A stretch of DNA of 64,000 bases. It comes from Balanoglossus misakiensis. Taxonomy: Eukaryota; Animalia; Hemichordata. Positions 1 to 14,105 of this stretch are shown piece by piece; the stretch's first letter is position 1; each line of letters starts with the position of its first letter. Both the position numbers and the translations under genes were made by a program. Under the pieces are notes generated by a model. The model saw only the letters and a list, made by a program, of their open reading frames with translations. It was not told the origin of the DNA and did not search any database. The stretch lies in the NCBI GenBank assembly GCA_040954595.2, contig CM082576.2, forward strand, positions 13,209,129-13,273,128. The letters are read 5' to 3'.

Positions 1-2519
1 TGGCTGAGATTTGCCACTACACTTACTTGTTGACATTTACAGGATATTTCGGGGGGAAAAGAAATGAAGGAACTGTTTCTTTTCAGCCCATTTTTCCTTG
101 GTTTTTGTGGAAATGTTGAGAGAACCAAAGCAGCTGATTGGAGAGAGAGAGAAAGAGCGAGAGGGGGAGGGAGGGGGGCCATCCAGAAACTGCCAAAGAC
201 AACTGCCCAAACTTGAGTGCATTATTTACATTTTTGATGATGTGAGAGATTGTAGTTGTTTGGCAGAGTGTGTACGGTGATTGTGACTGGCTGGCAGTTG
301 TGGTGTGTTCAAGTTCTTGTCTACTGCAATTACAAGAACATCAACTGTAATATAGGACAGTAACCAAATTTGTCAGTTTTTTTATTTGAGAGTTGAGAGA
401 AAGTCTAAAGATGTTACGTTTGTATGTTATTGTTGTAAAGAGCTTATGTGTTGTTTGATTTTTGGAACCCCAAGGCCTGTAGGCCGATCGGGCCCTATTG
501 GTATTTTCCTCCTTATTTCTGTTCCATGTTTTGTATGTCTCTGTAACAACAATGCATTACTGTGATATATGGCATTGTTTACAGCAGCCTAACCATTGCC
601 ATGCAAGTTTGCAAGCTGTGGATAGTTTCCATGGTTATAGTACCCTGAGCACATTGCAAAATATCGTACTTTTTGCTGTAAACAAAATTCTTTTAAAATA
701 TGCAGGACTGCTGCATAGCAAGTTTAGCTTCAGATTTTTACTAGATCCGAGTATCAAAAATGCAGTTCAATTTTTTTTTTTACATTTTGTATTTTACTAG
801 ATATTAAGAATACCATGCAGCAAAATTATCAAACAGTACCTAATATAATTACAGGGGTGATAATGCTACATGTCTACTATGAAAGATGTTTGATTTGGCT
901 GTCAAATGCGAAAAATTAATGAAACTATGCAGCTACCAGAGAAAATTTTATGATGCAGTTTTTCTTGCAAGACTTAATTCTGTGATGTTTTGTTTTTTGA
1001 AAACCCCTATGGATTTTGTGGCGTAATTTTGGTGTGTGCAGGACATACACTCATGATCAGTGCAACCTGTAATATTTTTTGGCAAATTAACATAATTTCT
1101 GGTTGTCGCGCAAATAATCTCCAGTGGCAACTCGTATAAATTAATTGTGCCATATTTGTTCCCCAGTTCTGAGTTCAACTTTGTTTATATATTACATGTA
1201 TATATGCAATGATTGGAGCGTGTTTTTGTATGTGCGTGTGTGTTGATTGTGAAGGCGGGCATGTGAAGTTTGTATGTTCAGGTATTCCTCAATGTTGACT
1301 GAGCAGTGTCTCAATTTACAATCTGAGAAGTCTGAAATATCCACACTAGTTGTCACAGCTGATGAGAAAGCAGATTTTCGTCGCATGATCATCCCAGCGA
1401 ATTTGGGTAAAAAACCAGCTCACCTGATTAAGTATTTATGCCGTCAGTATAGGCCTTTGATTTGGCCGGTTATCAGTCATGTGATCATTCAAGTCTGCGA
1501 TGTGTTCGCTTGATTTGATTTTTGTCGTACGAGTACAAAAGCTGCTTCTAGTGCAATAGACAGGAGCAAACACACGCGTGAAAATCAAAGATGGGGAATG
1601 TTCATTAATTTTGAAATGAGCCTTTTGTTCTTTGTCATCCCAAATATGGTTGTTCATACTTACTTTGTTGTATATGGTTTAAAGCACGTGGTGCTATTAT
1701 TAAATAGTGAAAAAGTAATAAAGTTTATTTTAAAGAGAATTGGAGGGTTTATGACTCGCTGAAATCGTGGCATTATTTCTTGGCTCTTGGAGCATATACA
1801 TTGGTTGGATTCCCATGAGGCATCAGTAGAAGTCTCTAGCTTCACAGGTAGACTACAAAATTTTATGGAAGAATCTAATGGCTAAACATCCTAGCCTACA
1901 TAATAGCATGTGACTGCTACCAATTTCAGAAGTGTTCTCTTGGTTCTGGAACAAGCATTTTTCTGCCAAAAACCCCAAGACGTTAAGTGTCATTTGTGAA
2001 TCATTTCCATGCACTTATTTACTAGTAACAGGAAGCAAGAGTGCCATGATGAAAAGTTTAATTTGACGTTTTTACATCCACGCAACTAAATTTTGTCAGT
2101 AGCTGTTTCTTCTGTACATAAACAACAGTGTGATATGAGAATCAAAGCAATTGTGCACAAGATCCAGTTTATGTATGATGAAAGAATTTTTTTTTTCCTT
2201 TATTACATGTACTTGTCTACAAAAAAACTTGAAAGTGATCTGCATACAATTGTAACTGTTAAGAGTGCACAGCAGCTGTTGCCCTGAAGTGCAAAAAAAT
2301 AAACAAGATGAATGGACTAGCCATATCTGGTCTGCAAACTTGAAAACAGCTGCAATTTTGAACATACAATTTTCACCTCTTGTGGGCAGTTTCCACACAA
2401 ACACGGAATGCTATGCAACCAAACATCACACATTCATCACTCTGTGACATCCTCTCACAAACTTGCGGCTTCTGCGTTGTCTGACATGTAAACGTACCAA
2501 CACAATATCAAAGAATTCT

Positions 2520-2875
2520 CACCACCTTAAATAGTTTTTTGCTACCTAGGTAGGGGATAAAATTCACATGCGGTCGACCGAATTTCAAGATGGCGGATAT
2601 CTTAATCTGCCATGTTTTAATAACAAATGTGAGTTCAGAAGCCATGTGATACTGAATTTTGTAGCAGAAAAAAAATGTTGAAAAGTTGAATAAGGTCTGT
2701 ATACTTATTACAATTGCAAAGACAGAACTCACAGACAGAGAAGCCATGAAATCCAGGTAATACACCTCTTCAAATTCTTATACAGTGAGCTGTTGACCTT
2801 TTACCCACAATGCAATTATTTTAATGTGAATTGACCCCCTAGCACAAAGTAAAATCTATTTAAGGTAGCAAGAAT
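2520..2875. mobile_element. Dispersed interspersed repeat (MITE-like); inverted copy at ~53040-53395 and fragments at the end of each ZNF unit (~36320-36488, ~42770-42940, ~50380-50530)
   Basis: Shared motifs ttttgctacctagg(t/g), aatttcaagatggc(g/c)ga and short terminal inverted ccttaaata...tatttaagg recur at these positions. Confidence 0.6.
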
Positions 2876-3870
2876 TGCCGTGGGTGAAAAAAGACTCATG
2901 GAGTCTCAAAAAAAGGAATTATTTACTGGAACTCTGACATCATCAATGAAATGAATAAAGATCACTTCTGTTGGCACAGAAGAGACTTCCCAAAGAAAAA
3001 TGTGTGTTTGGTCGTCTCCGCATACAAAATATCCAGACGCACAGACTTCAAACATCAATGAAAACAAGACAGCCCATACAAATGATGGCAGTCTTGGGGA
3101 TACAAACATTGCTAAAATACAGCACATTTTAAGCAGGTTGCACAAAATTCAACTCGGTTTGCATATCTGACATCTCCAGTATACCAGATTAATATTTCAG
3201 CACAAAAAGGAAACATACCCATATTTACGTGCCGATTTTAAACCCCCATCCCATCCCAAATGCTCAATACTGAAAAAAATGAACATTAAATAAACTAACA
3301 ACAAGATCATTTCTACAAGCTACAGTTGTAAAAAAAAACAAATCTCTGTTTGATGGAATGTAATAATCTATGCTGATAAGATGAAATTTTTTTAAGACAA
3401 TTGTTAACCACATGAAAATAATTATTTCATGAAAATGAAATCTGTACCAGTAAAGTCGAAGATATAATTTTTTTCATTTTTTTTCTTACTTTATGACATA
3501 ATTCAGTTTTTAACCTTAATCTCTATCTCAAGACAGAATTTTGATAGCCACAGTTTATATGCAGCAGGGTAATGACTACAGATTTTTTTACAGAGACTGG
3601 AAAGGTAGTCTGAAAAAATACTTGCCAACAAGGCCAAAACAGTAAATATTCAAAGAATACAAAGAAAGAGAATGCTATCAAATTGAAATACGAACATCTT
3701 TCCATCAAACAAGAGTTTGTTTTTTATGCATTTTTTCCAATATCACATAACGAACATGGCGATTATATACCGGTATTTCTTTTCATTTCAGATTTACAAA
3801 GTAACATGTTTCGTTGCTTTAACTTCCGTTATATATTTTTTTTCAACAATTTTTGAAATGCTATCTACAA

Positions 3871-6800
3871 TCAACGTAGGGCTATGAGTCCAACATCCAG
3901 CAATTTCTGTATCTTAGATGCAATGTGAGGATTCTTCATATGTCTGTCAAAAAGAAAAAAAAACAATAAGATATTTGTTAGAGAAATTTCAAGTCATCAA
4001 AGTCTTCATGTTAAAGGGAGAAAACGGAGAAAGCTGTCATCAAACTCTGAGTAGAAGAGAAAGTCATGTTTTCCCCCATTCCCAGACCAAAAATAAAACC
4101 ACCAAGGCACAGAAACCATAAAATAACCCAACATGGAATCCTGGATGAGTGATGTCTCATAAAATATAGACGCAACCACTAAACACCCCATTCACAGCCA
4201 CAGCTGAAAGAACCCTGACTGCTCCCAACCCCAAATGAGCAAATCACAGAAATACGAAATATGATTGGTCGAACAGTGGATTACTCTGATTGGCTGTCAT
4301 ATTTCTGTGTGAAATAAGGGCACAATATTGCACATACTGGTCATAGCGTGTGAACATTATGTGCATAAATGCTTAAAACTTGGCCCATGAATGTAAAAAG
4401 ACATGTTTATCAATGCTTGGTTCTAAGCGAGAAAAAACAACCACAAAACAATCGTTCGCAACAAAACCACACCAGTACAACAAAACTACTTACTCTCTGA
4501 GTGCCTGAGGGTTGTCTTGCATTTGTTCAAGAATGAGTCTCATCGCCGGATCGGACATGATCTGTTGCACTTCTGGGTTCTGCATGGCTCGGTTTCGTAC
4601 TTCCTCCGGATCACTGCTTTGCGCCGACACACATTTCATGTAACCAGCCTTCGCTTCCTGTGCATTGGGAGGGGTGGGGGAGAAAGAAGTGACATTTTAG
4701 CTGATTGGGTACAAGCATTGCCTTAAGATCTGTCATACACTGATTCGAGTATGATTCGCGGATTGTTTTTTCACAAATTTGCAGCAATACCCAAAATGAG
4801 GGCAGCCTCTGTTTCTTATTCTCTTTCTAAAGTCAGCATTGACGGGGTCCTTTATTTATCTAGTATCTGAAAGTTGCATCATCATCTACTTTTCCTGTTT
4901 CTGACTTGAATAAAAGAAACTGTAAATTTTTTATGTTCATGTTCATGTTCTTATGTCTTTTACACCGACATGTCAACTGGTACATGCAATATTTTCATTT
5001 CAAAGAACACTTAGTTCCTGCTAACCAGCACTTGCACACAAATGACTGTCATTATGGCTCTACTACAGGCCAATAAACCCATCACCTCTGGGACAACACA
5101 TCCCAGCCCTGGCTTACCTGATTGTTTTCATCAAGTTCAATGGCCTTTTGATATGCTACCATGGCTTTGGAGGGTTCTTTCAACGCGAGTAGAATACCAC
5201 CTTTACGTGTGAAGCCTTTGACTGAGAATGAGAAAAGCAATTCAATATTTATCTTCAGCTGTCATAATTTGCCTTCATTATTCATCTCACTCCTCATTTA
5301 CATCAAAATGTTTAATAAATATGTAAATTTCTCATGCATATGTAAATTACTCATACATATGCAAATTACAACATCAAATACTCAGATAAATGCTGACATG
5401 CTTCTGGTTGCACACTTACTGAAAGTCGGGTCAAGCTTGATGCATTCGTCGCAGTCTTTCAAACCTAAATTGAATTCAGCTAATTTCATGTAGCACGCGG
5501 CTCTGTTGCTGTAGAGTTTGGCGTCCTCTGGATTTCTTAAGATAGCTTCTGTGTAACACTTGAGAGCACGAGGGAAATCTCCTGAGATACACAAACATAA
5601 AGAGTAGGAATTAAAATCTGGACACACTGCACATACTGACGTAGCTAATATCAAGTGGCTGATTGGGCAAGAAGACATCACATGACCACAAACTGACCAT
5701 CCAGAGGCTAATACACTGTATGATACTATAAAGCAGCCGATCATCCAATGAGATAGTATGTTACAATTTTTCAACTTACCACTCTGGAAAAATTCATTTC
5801 CTTTATTTTTCTCATCAAGTGCTTTCTCTGGATCAATGTACTCGAGCCTTTCCCTCTCTTTCCTAAGTTTTTCTAACTGTGAGTGAAAAATTAAGTCCAA
5901 AATTAAGTTCAAAACACGGAGAAAATCTAGTTGACAGAAACAGATCTTTCAAAATGATATCCACATGAGCTTTATACTTTGACATTAGAAATATCTCAGA
6001 CAGACCAGCGCTGTCAAGTTCAGAAGTTCTTCTCCGACATGCATGACTACCTCAACAGAGAGTTTATACTGTTCCACTACAACCAACTTACATGTTGAAG
6101 TTTCTTGAGAACGTCTGGTGTCCTGTGTTCAGCCAGTGACTTGTTGAAAAACTCAACAGCATTCGGGTAATCTTCCATCTTCATGTGTGCATTGCCAATG
6201 CGAGCATAAGCTCTGAAGAAAGAAACAGGGCGAACATTAGCAGGGAAGTTTCACGTTGTTCAGGTCACGTTTTTGCATCCGTCAGGTGAACCACTACTGC
6301 TTGCCAACTGAGTATAATCTACTTCACCCTGGCCTCAAAAACAATCAGCCATCTTGGATTGTACTGCAAAACCAATCAACGTCCATGTGTTGATTATAGT
6401 GCAATGTCTGAGTCACAGCCTAGCAGGCAGACAGACTAACACATTTGGCAGGCAAACAAATTATTATAAAGTTCAGGTATCTGAACCTACTCAGAACTTT
6501 TTTCAAAACATCAGTGTAAACTACGACACTTACTTCGCTATATGTTTGAAGTCCGCTCTGTTCTCGCGTCCCACTTCAATCGCTCTCTCACACGTTTTTA
6601 TACACTCGTCAAAGTCGCCTTTCTCAAAATACACCGCTGAAAAATAAAAATTGGTGAAATTAGGATTCTGACAATAATCACAACACATTTGCAGGGCAAG
6701 TGATTCCCAGATATTATAAAACATACTCCAAAGTCACAGTCAAAAGCTCTTATAGAAAAATCCGAACACAATTAACAAATTACTGCAAGAACTACACCAT

Positions 6801-9800
6801 GACTTTATCTATGATGGCTGCTACACTACAATCACTTATTTCATTTACATTTAACCCCAGAAGTTTTCAAATCCACTCCATCCTACAAAGTCTGTTCTCC
6901 GACCCGCCACCACAGTACTCTCCACATGTGACACATTAACCCTTTCACCCCCCCATTTCCCTCTTCAGAGGTCCAACCTTTCCATAGAAAACAATGGGTT
7001 TGGACTGAACCATGGTGGTGAAAGGGTTAAACCATACACTGGCAGCTCTACTCACCAGCTTTGTTGGTGAAGAAAGTGATGTTGCCACCGTCCAATTCGA
7101 TGGCCTTGTCGTAACATTCTATGGCTTTGTCAAAGTCCTTCTTCTTGTATGCTTCATTGCCTTGTTCTTTCATTTCAAGTGCCTGTGTAGGAAAAGACGA
7201 CAGGTGAAAAAACAGGGACTGACAAACAATGCTCTGTGTGAAGCATTGTAAGAAAATGATACAAGTTTTTATGTGTGGGCTACAGCCTTGGTATTTTTCA
7301 CTGAAAAAAAAGCGAGTTCCTTCTGATGGATCGAAAAATTAAGTACTGGCTTCATCTACTGCAGCTGTTAGCAGTTTCTAGTTCAGAATTCCATGGCTGC
7401 CAATTTTCAGTGATGCGAATTCTCACAACTGATTACAATCAATATGAGATCTGGCTTCCAGAAGAATTCCATCACTCCAATCTGACAAGCCAGAAACCAG
7501 AACTGCACTCGCAATGCAACGACCAACCAATACCAGCAACGCGACATCTCATCAGTAAACTTCTCCCCTCACCTTCTTTTTCTCTGGAGGGGTGTCGTCG
7601 GTCTCCATGGGTTCGGGTTCGGGTTTCTTCTTGGACGAGGTGGGCTTGGAGTTTCTTGTCGGTGCGGCCGGCGGGGGCTCAAAGTTGCCATCTTCATCGG
7701 CCGTCATTAGATTGATTCCTAACAGCACACTCAGGGAGGTCATGACTCGCGGGTCATTCAGTTTGCTGAAAATCATAAAATCATACAGTAACATAATGAG
7801 AATTTTCAAGTGTATTTGGTTTCATTGGTTTTCATTTTGGCTATCCACTGTTAGGATACCACTTCGAGTATGGTTAAAATTATATTTGAGCCGATTTTTT
7901 TTGTAATTGTGATATGTGTGATTGGGCCCAGTTCACAGAAATAAACACTACTGGTAGATGTATTTTCATGTAAACATTAAAGAGGGAACATTGATGGACG
8001 GGCACTAATGACAAATGAATTACAGGTAACCTACAATCTGTGTAGAATGGATTGTTTCACTTGAGCTTTCAGATTTGCCACAGCTCAAAACACACACACA
8101 AGGGATCTTCCACACAATCAACCATGAGTCACATCTGGCATTACCTTCCAATAACACCTGGGTTCTTCTGAAGAGCCTGAATGGTAGCCAGATAGCTGGG
8201 ATCACTCATCCAATCCTTTGTCCTCGGATCGGAGGCCAATTTCTCCATCACTCCCGGCATTGCAAACGGATTATCTAAACCCCTTTCTTTACCTGCAGAA
8301 GACAAACTCAAAAACATCAATCTCTCTCACTCTCTCACACACACACATCACTTGATGTAACATCATCAATCATCATCTATCTCACCTAGATTAAGTTCAG
8401 TATCTTTTAAACCATCCTTCAGTTGTTGATTGTTGGGATCAAACTTCAAGCCTTCTTGATACGTTGCCTTTGCTTCCTCATAGCGTGACAAAAACGACAG
8501 TGCAGCACCCTTCCTTGAGTAGCCCTGCAAGGTGAAATATTGGCAGAGAATGTTTTGGGGCAAGTTGAAAGGTGACTGTTAGATCAGGTAACTTTACCGC
8601 TATACATTTTATCAAGAAAGTTTACAAATTAACATTTTAAGCTTGATTTCCATGTTTCCAACCTTACCTTTCCCCAGTCAGGCTTGATTTTCACAGTTTT
8701 GTTACCATCTTCCAGGGCTTTCTCATAGTCCCCCAGTTTTGCGTACGCTGCGGATCTGTTGCTGAACAACACATGGTTGCTGGGATCTACCTCTATGGCA
8801 TCTGTGTAGAACTTGACAGCTTCCTGAACCTTGCCACTCTGTAGAGCCTTGTTGCCTTGTACTTTCAGTGAATCCGCCTGACAGATACAAGAAAGCGGTG
8901 ATCATGGTTTGTTCTGCTTTTTTGTTTTTTAAACTTCATAATAAAAACTCCATGGTTAATAATTTCTCCTGCTACCTCATGGTTTATGCCGCTTATGTTT
9001 GATGGTCTCCATCTTTACCAAGAATGGCTTTTCAAAACTTTACCTCGAGTAATTTTGAGAATTTCATTGTGTCGATCAGCCCTATATCTTTGAATTGTAT
9101 GAATTTCACCCCAAACCCACGGCCGTACAGAACAATGACATTTCCCTGAACGTGGTTTTAACTAGATTTTATCGATAATTGGTACTTCTGTTGGCTTTAC
9201 ATTATTAAAAAGGACGTACAATGGAATGAAAAGCAAATGATCGGGAAAGACCGAGAAAGTCCCTGTCAACACAAGCTGGCACCTGTAAAACACTTCACAC
9301 GTCTGACAACAATTAACACCTATTCACAATAACAGTGAATATAACTGTTCAATAAACTGGTTTGTTTTTAGCGGAACATGATTACTGGGAATCATTGATT
9401 TCTTTCCATGCAATGGGCCCAGCTCACCACAACTTTGTTTTAACCTGTGAAGTTTATAAATAACTTTAGATCGTGAAAATCCAAGCTATGTGTGGTAAAC
9501 GGGAAGTTCACCGTGACATTGGAATAAAACACACGTGCGATCAACAGAAAATAGGAGTTCCCATGGTCGTACATGAAGGTCTACCATTCCTTGGTGAATC
9601 AAATCTATAATACGTCGGAGAAAATACAACATTTTCATACAAAGTGGAAACCGAGTCAGAGATTTAACGCTAAATGTCACGAAAGTCTCGGCATTTGTCA
9701 ATTAATATTGAATTGACCAGAAGTAAAGTGTATACGTCTGAGTGACTTGCGCCCCATCCATGTACTAGGGCTAGCATGCGGAAAGATCGGTTTGAAACGG

Positions 9801-9936
9801 TTCGAGATTTCGATTTACAATTATTTCAAAGAATCTTTAAAAATACAAAATCTTAGTGTGTCTGATCACTTCAGTACCAGCATATCCACCAGAAATCAAC
9901 CTTAGACAATCATACCTTTGCCTTGTCGTCCGCCAT
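3871..9936 (-). CDS. STIP1: Stress-induced phosphoprotein 1 (Hsp70/Hsp90 organizing protein, Hop), 13 exons, ~553 aa
   Basis: Exons 9916-9936, 8668-8877, 8386-8524, 8145-8292, 7573-7765, 7056-7182, 6534-6636, 6092-6212, 5780-5876, 5420-5581, 5118-5221, 4494-4657, 3871-3943 splice in frame with GT-AG. TPR motifs include [50 protein letters not shown] and [17 protein letters not shown]. The C-terminal DP2 domain reads [46 protein letters not shown]. Confidence 0.97.
6940..7026. mobile_element. TTAA-flanked piggyBac-like MITE in STIP1 intron
   Basis: TTAA|CCCTTTCACC...GGTGAAAGGG|TTAA. A related copy in the opposite orientation lies at 60449-60533. Confidence 0.7.
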
Positions 9937-9939
9937 GAT

Positions 9940-9954
9940 GGAAACTTCGCGAAA
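9940..9954. promoter_or_regulatory. Heat shock element (nGAAnnTTCnnGAAn) just 5' of the STIP1 start codon
   Basis: gGAAacTTCgcGAAa is a perfect three-unit HSE, and STIP1 is an established HSF target. Confidence 0.65.
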
Positions 9955-10250
9955 GCATGAGTTTGTAGCACCCCTAAGTTGATGAACAAAAAGCTCTTAT
10001 ATGTCAAAGGTCACAAGCTACGTAAGTCGGTGAGTTTGAAAATAATGTACTCACTCCTTCAGCCGCGCCCGCATCCCAACTCGGAAACGTCTTTATTATA
10101 GGTCTTTCATATTAGTACATGGGCAGTAAAATTGAAATAAACCATTTTCCAACCAACACCACCCTCAGTTTTGAACCGATCATTTCAATTTTGTATTTTT
10201 GGTGTTTTGCATTCGTCGTTCAAGGGGCGACAGAAAGTGCATCAAGCGAC

Positions 10251-10373
<123 letters not shown>

Positions 10374-10757
10374 GACTGAATCAGCTGAGCTTCCCCGTGT
10401 GTTTTATATTCTAAAAACGCAAAAAAAATGTACTTGAAATGTGTGGGCTTGAAGCGCGAGCGTCATAAAACCCTTCGTTTCGAACACAGTGTGAATGAAT
10501 GAGAAGGATGCATTTTGATATATCAGTGGATTAAATGATTTGCAAATGCAAATAATATCACCAGCTGAGAACATCTGTTACAGTAACGGTTTGCAAACTG
10601 CCGTAACACCATACACATAGACTCATATGCAAGAAAACTCTGCTTGCGTGGCTGGTATCGGACACAAAATAATTTACACGAATTTTAATAGCAAGGATAT
10701 CTAGTTTAGATTGCGATGTGAGGATTTTGGCTGTTTCAAGTGAGCGATTCCGGAGAA

Positions 10758-13700
10758 ATGGCTACCGCTATTAATATAAAGCCGACGAGTACAACAACAG
10801 TGAGTACAGCTGATGGGTTAGAATGCGAGCTGACGTGTCCCATTTGTATGGAAATTTTCAACCAGCCGCTGAAGCTGCCCTGCGAGCACGACCTCTGTCG
10901 GAACTGTGCCGTCAATCTCCTCCAGTCGCAGACCGTCGTCCGGGGCAGGAAGCCCCGCGCCTTCCGATGCCCAGAATGCCGCGAAAAGATCGAGGTGGAC
11001 GGGAGGGGCATCGACTGTCTGAGGAGGAACGTGCGTCTGCAAAACATCATCGACCGCTTTGTTGCCTCCGACAAAGATAGTATACGTGGAAGCGCTGATG
11101 CGACGGGCGTTCCTCAGGCAGCTGCAGGTGGATGTGAGAATATTTACCGAATCATTTTGCCCGATTCGTTGCCTGTAAAGAACGGTTGCGAAAATCAAGA
11201 AGAAAGATCACCGCATCAAGAAAGGGTAGGTACGAATTAATGTTTGTCTTTTATATCAAAACCGAATTATCCGATACCGTATAGTAATTATAAAAATCAG
11301 TGCGATTCATAGTCCATCCACATTGCACAAACTGTTTATATTTTTATATAAAAATATGTGTGGAGTGACCGTGGTTGTATTAATGGGAAAAAGATGGGCG
11401 TTTGGGATTTCAAATGCATTTGCATGTACACCACATCCAGCCAAAAAGAAGACTTTAGGTCTATGTACCAATATGAAGGACGTATTCAGGATATGTACCT
11501 GTTAGGTTATAAATCCCTCTGCACAAAAATCACATTTCCCAAAGAAATCAGCGAAATTCACACAGACTTTGTTGCACACCAAGGGCATTTAATCCCTGGG
11601 CCGAGTATATGTGGAGATGACGTTTGTCAATTGCCTGTATCAGGCATGTTAAGATGATCCCGATATCCCGACTGCGTTGGTCGCAGTGAACAAATCGGCC
11701 GACCTACCAATCGTCAACATTTGGTTTGTCTGCAGGAGACCCTGATAGCTGCGGTCGACGAACTATGTATCGCTAATAATGAACTGGAAGACTTTCTGGA
11801 AGAAATGAACAACCTTCGCTCATTAATTAAAGTATGTTAAATATAATTTTTGTCCGTCTCTCTGCATGCCTGTCTAATCCCTTCTCTATCGCGGGTAACC
11901 ATGTATATACACTGCATGCCCCACTGATGAGAATTCTAAGATTCCTAACAATTTGAATCGCTGCTGTCGAAGTTTTCATTTGGATAAAATTTCAGCAACC
12001 GAAGTTAAACGAAATCTGGTCAGTCAGTGCAAGCCAACAACTTAGAAGAAACTGTCGACTGTAAAATTTTACAAAGAGGCGTGGTCGTCATTGTAAACGA
12101 GAGCTGCTGTAACTCCTGAAAAAGGTTATGCCATAATAAGTGCGAGATGATAAAAGTGACAGGTACATTACGTGACTCAGTGATTTTATAACACGAAGGT
12201 TGCTAAGTTACAGTGTCTTTCAACAAAACCAATATAACATTTGCGGTTATACAACAATCGTTTATATGATACTAGTACTTTAATAGTGCAAGTGCTTACT
12301 TATTGTCGTTCGTGTGAAAGTGTTCATTGCATCTCACTTCTAGGAAGACGCGGTCAAATGTAAACGTTTGGTGGACAGCGAAATAGAGAGCTTGATATCC
12401 ACTCTCAAACAGCGCCGCAACGCTCTCGTGGAGAAAATCGCCAGGCAGGAGCTAGAAAAGACGCGGTTGGTGGATGACCAAATGAAGACAAGGCAACACT
12501 TGTTACAGGAGGGTCTGAACACCGCTCTTGATGTCGAAGACATCGTCGAAAACTTAGACGACGACTCGATTGTGCAGGTAGGAATGATTGGTAATGGAGT
12601 GATGTTGTACCACAGCCTTTGCACTCAGCTCAATCGACCATGCAAAAAAGTCACTTAATAGTCAACGGACCATTTGTGTGATGGCGGCCATGTTCTGGAC
12701 TTGCTGCAATGCTGAAGCATGGAGTAGATTGGTCGTGGGTGAAGAATAGACAAATATCTGTTGAATGCGCTATTACATGACATATATACATAAAATAATT
12801 GAACTTTCTTCGTTTATTCTTTTTTCTTTCAATGCAGAATTCGCAAACCTTGGAAAACCGGTAAGCAAAAACAACCATATTCCAACTCGAGTTTGTTGAT
12901 ATGTCATTAGCCCTTTCAGAAAACATCGTCAGCTTCTCCAGCTATGGTTTTGGCCACCATGTTAACTTTCCAGAAGTTGCAACCAATATACTTTCAGATA
13001 ACATAGCTTGTGACCCTCCGCCTTCCACTACGACTTTGTTGACGTGGGCATTTTATAACACAATAATCAATCAATTGTCTACGCACAGAACTTTTTATTG
13101 GAGACAAAAAGGGAAACCAAGGGTCAACTGTGCATGAAATTTAAAATGATTCACTCTGCCGTTATAAAAAAAATCTGGTATGGTACTCAATAACTTGCAT
13201 GGATTCTGTGTAATATGCTAGTCTTCAAGTCCCTTTTTATGCTTTGCAGCATCGTCCAGGTGAAGCGAAGAATCTACGCGTGTCTCCAGGAGCCAATGGT
13301 CGAGCCAGAGTTGGGATTCGTGGTAGACTTCAAACTACAGAAGAACGTTTTGGAAATGTTGGACATCATCTCGAGCAAACCAAACATCAGGATTCAAATT
13401 GGCGAAGTGCTGTCCTCGGTGATCGCGCCTGCGTACATCCAGGTTCCGCAGATCCCCTACGTTCCCATGGTAACTCTCCGAAACGCATCCATTCCCATGG
13501 CAACAGCGTCGTTTCCCGCACAGGGGAGTTTAAAGATCAGGTCGTCACCGGAGCTCAGTTCACTTTTGGCAATGACGACACCAATGTCGGTCGAGAGCCC
13601 GATGACAGCTCAACAGATCAATCATGGACAACTCGTTGCTACAGAAACCATTGCAACCAGGTCATTATCACCCATCGCGTACCACAAATATCCACGTCAA

Positions 13701-14105
13701 ATGGACACCAAACCCAAAGATTACACACCGTCTCCGGTAAAATACTCGAGACCGATATTCTCGTTGGGTGAAATGGCTGTGACGAATCCCGTGCCAGCGG
13801 ACGTTACCAGGGCGACGGTTGTGGACAGAGGTTGCCGGGGCAAACCCCCACCACGTAACACCACATCGTCGACAAGAAGGACTGGTAGCGGGCCATCGAG
13901 ACGAAAGTCGGACCACAATAGACGTGGCGGAGACACAGCAAACGCTTCCGACGGTCAACTTCGTGTCTTCAACCCGCGGTTCCCCGCATCATTGCCCACT
14001 TTATACAGCCGCGATTCCGACAACTCGTCGCGCACAGACAATGCCCAGAATCGCGATAGAGCGACCGATCTTGTGGACGATAGGCGACGGGAAACTTTCA
14101 TCTAA
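10758..14105 (+). CDS. TRIM-like RING E3 ligase: RING, coiled coil, COS-like box, low-complexity tail; no B-box; ~558 aa, 5 exons
   Basis: Exons 10758-11225, 11736-11831 (96 nt), 12344-12577 (234 nt), 12838-12860 (23 nt), 13250-14105 are in frame. The RING reads ELTCPICMEIF..PLKLPCEHDLCRNC..FRCPECR..LRRNVRLQNIIDRF, which is TRIM-type. The COS-like segment reads EPELGFVVDFKLQKNVLEMLDII. Confidence 0.85.

Noticed and set aside
1-2500. Possible gene at the window start
   Set aside because: AT-rich with a GA repeat and no convincing exons; it may be UTR or intergenic, and no call is supportable.
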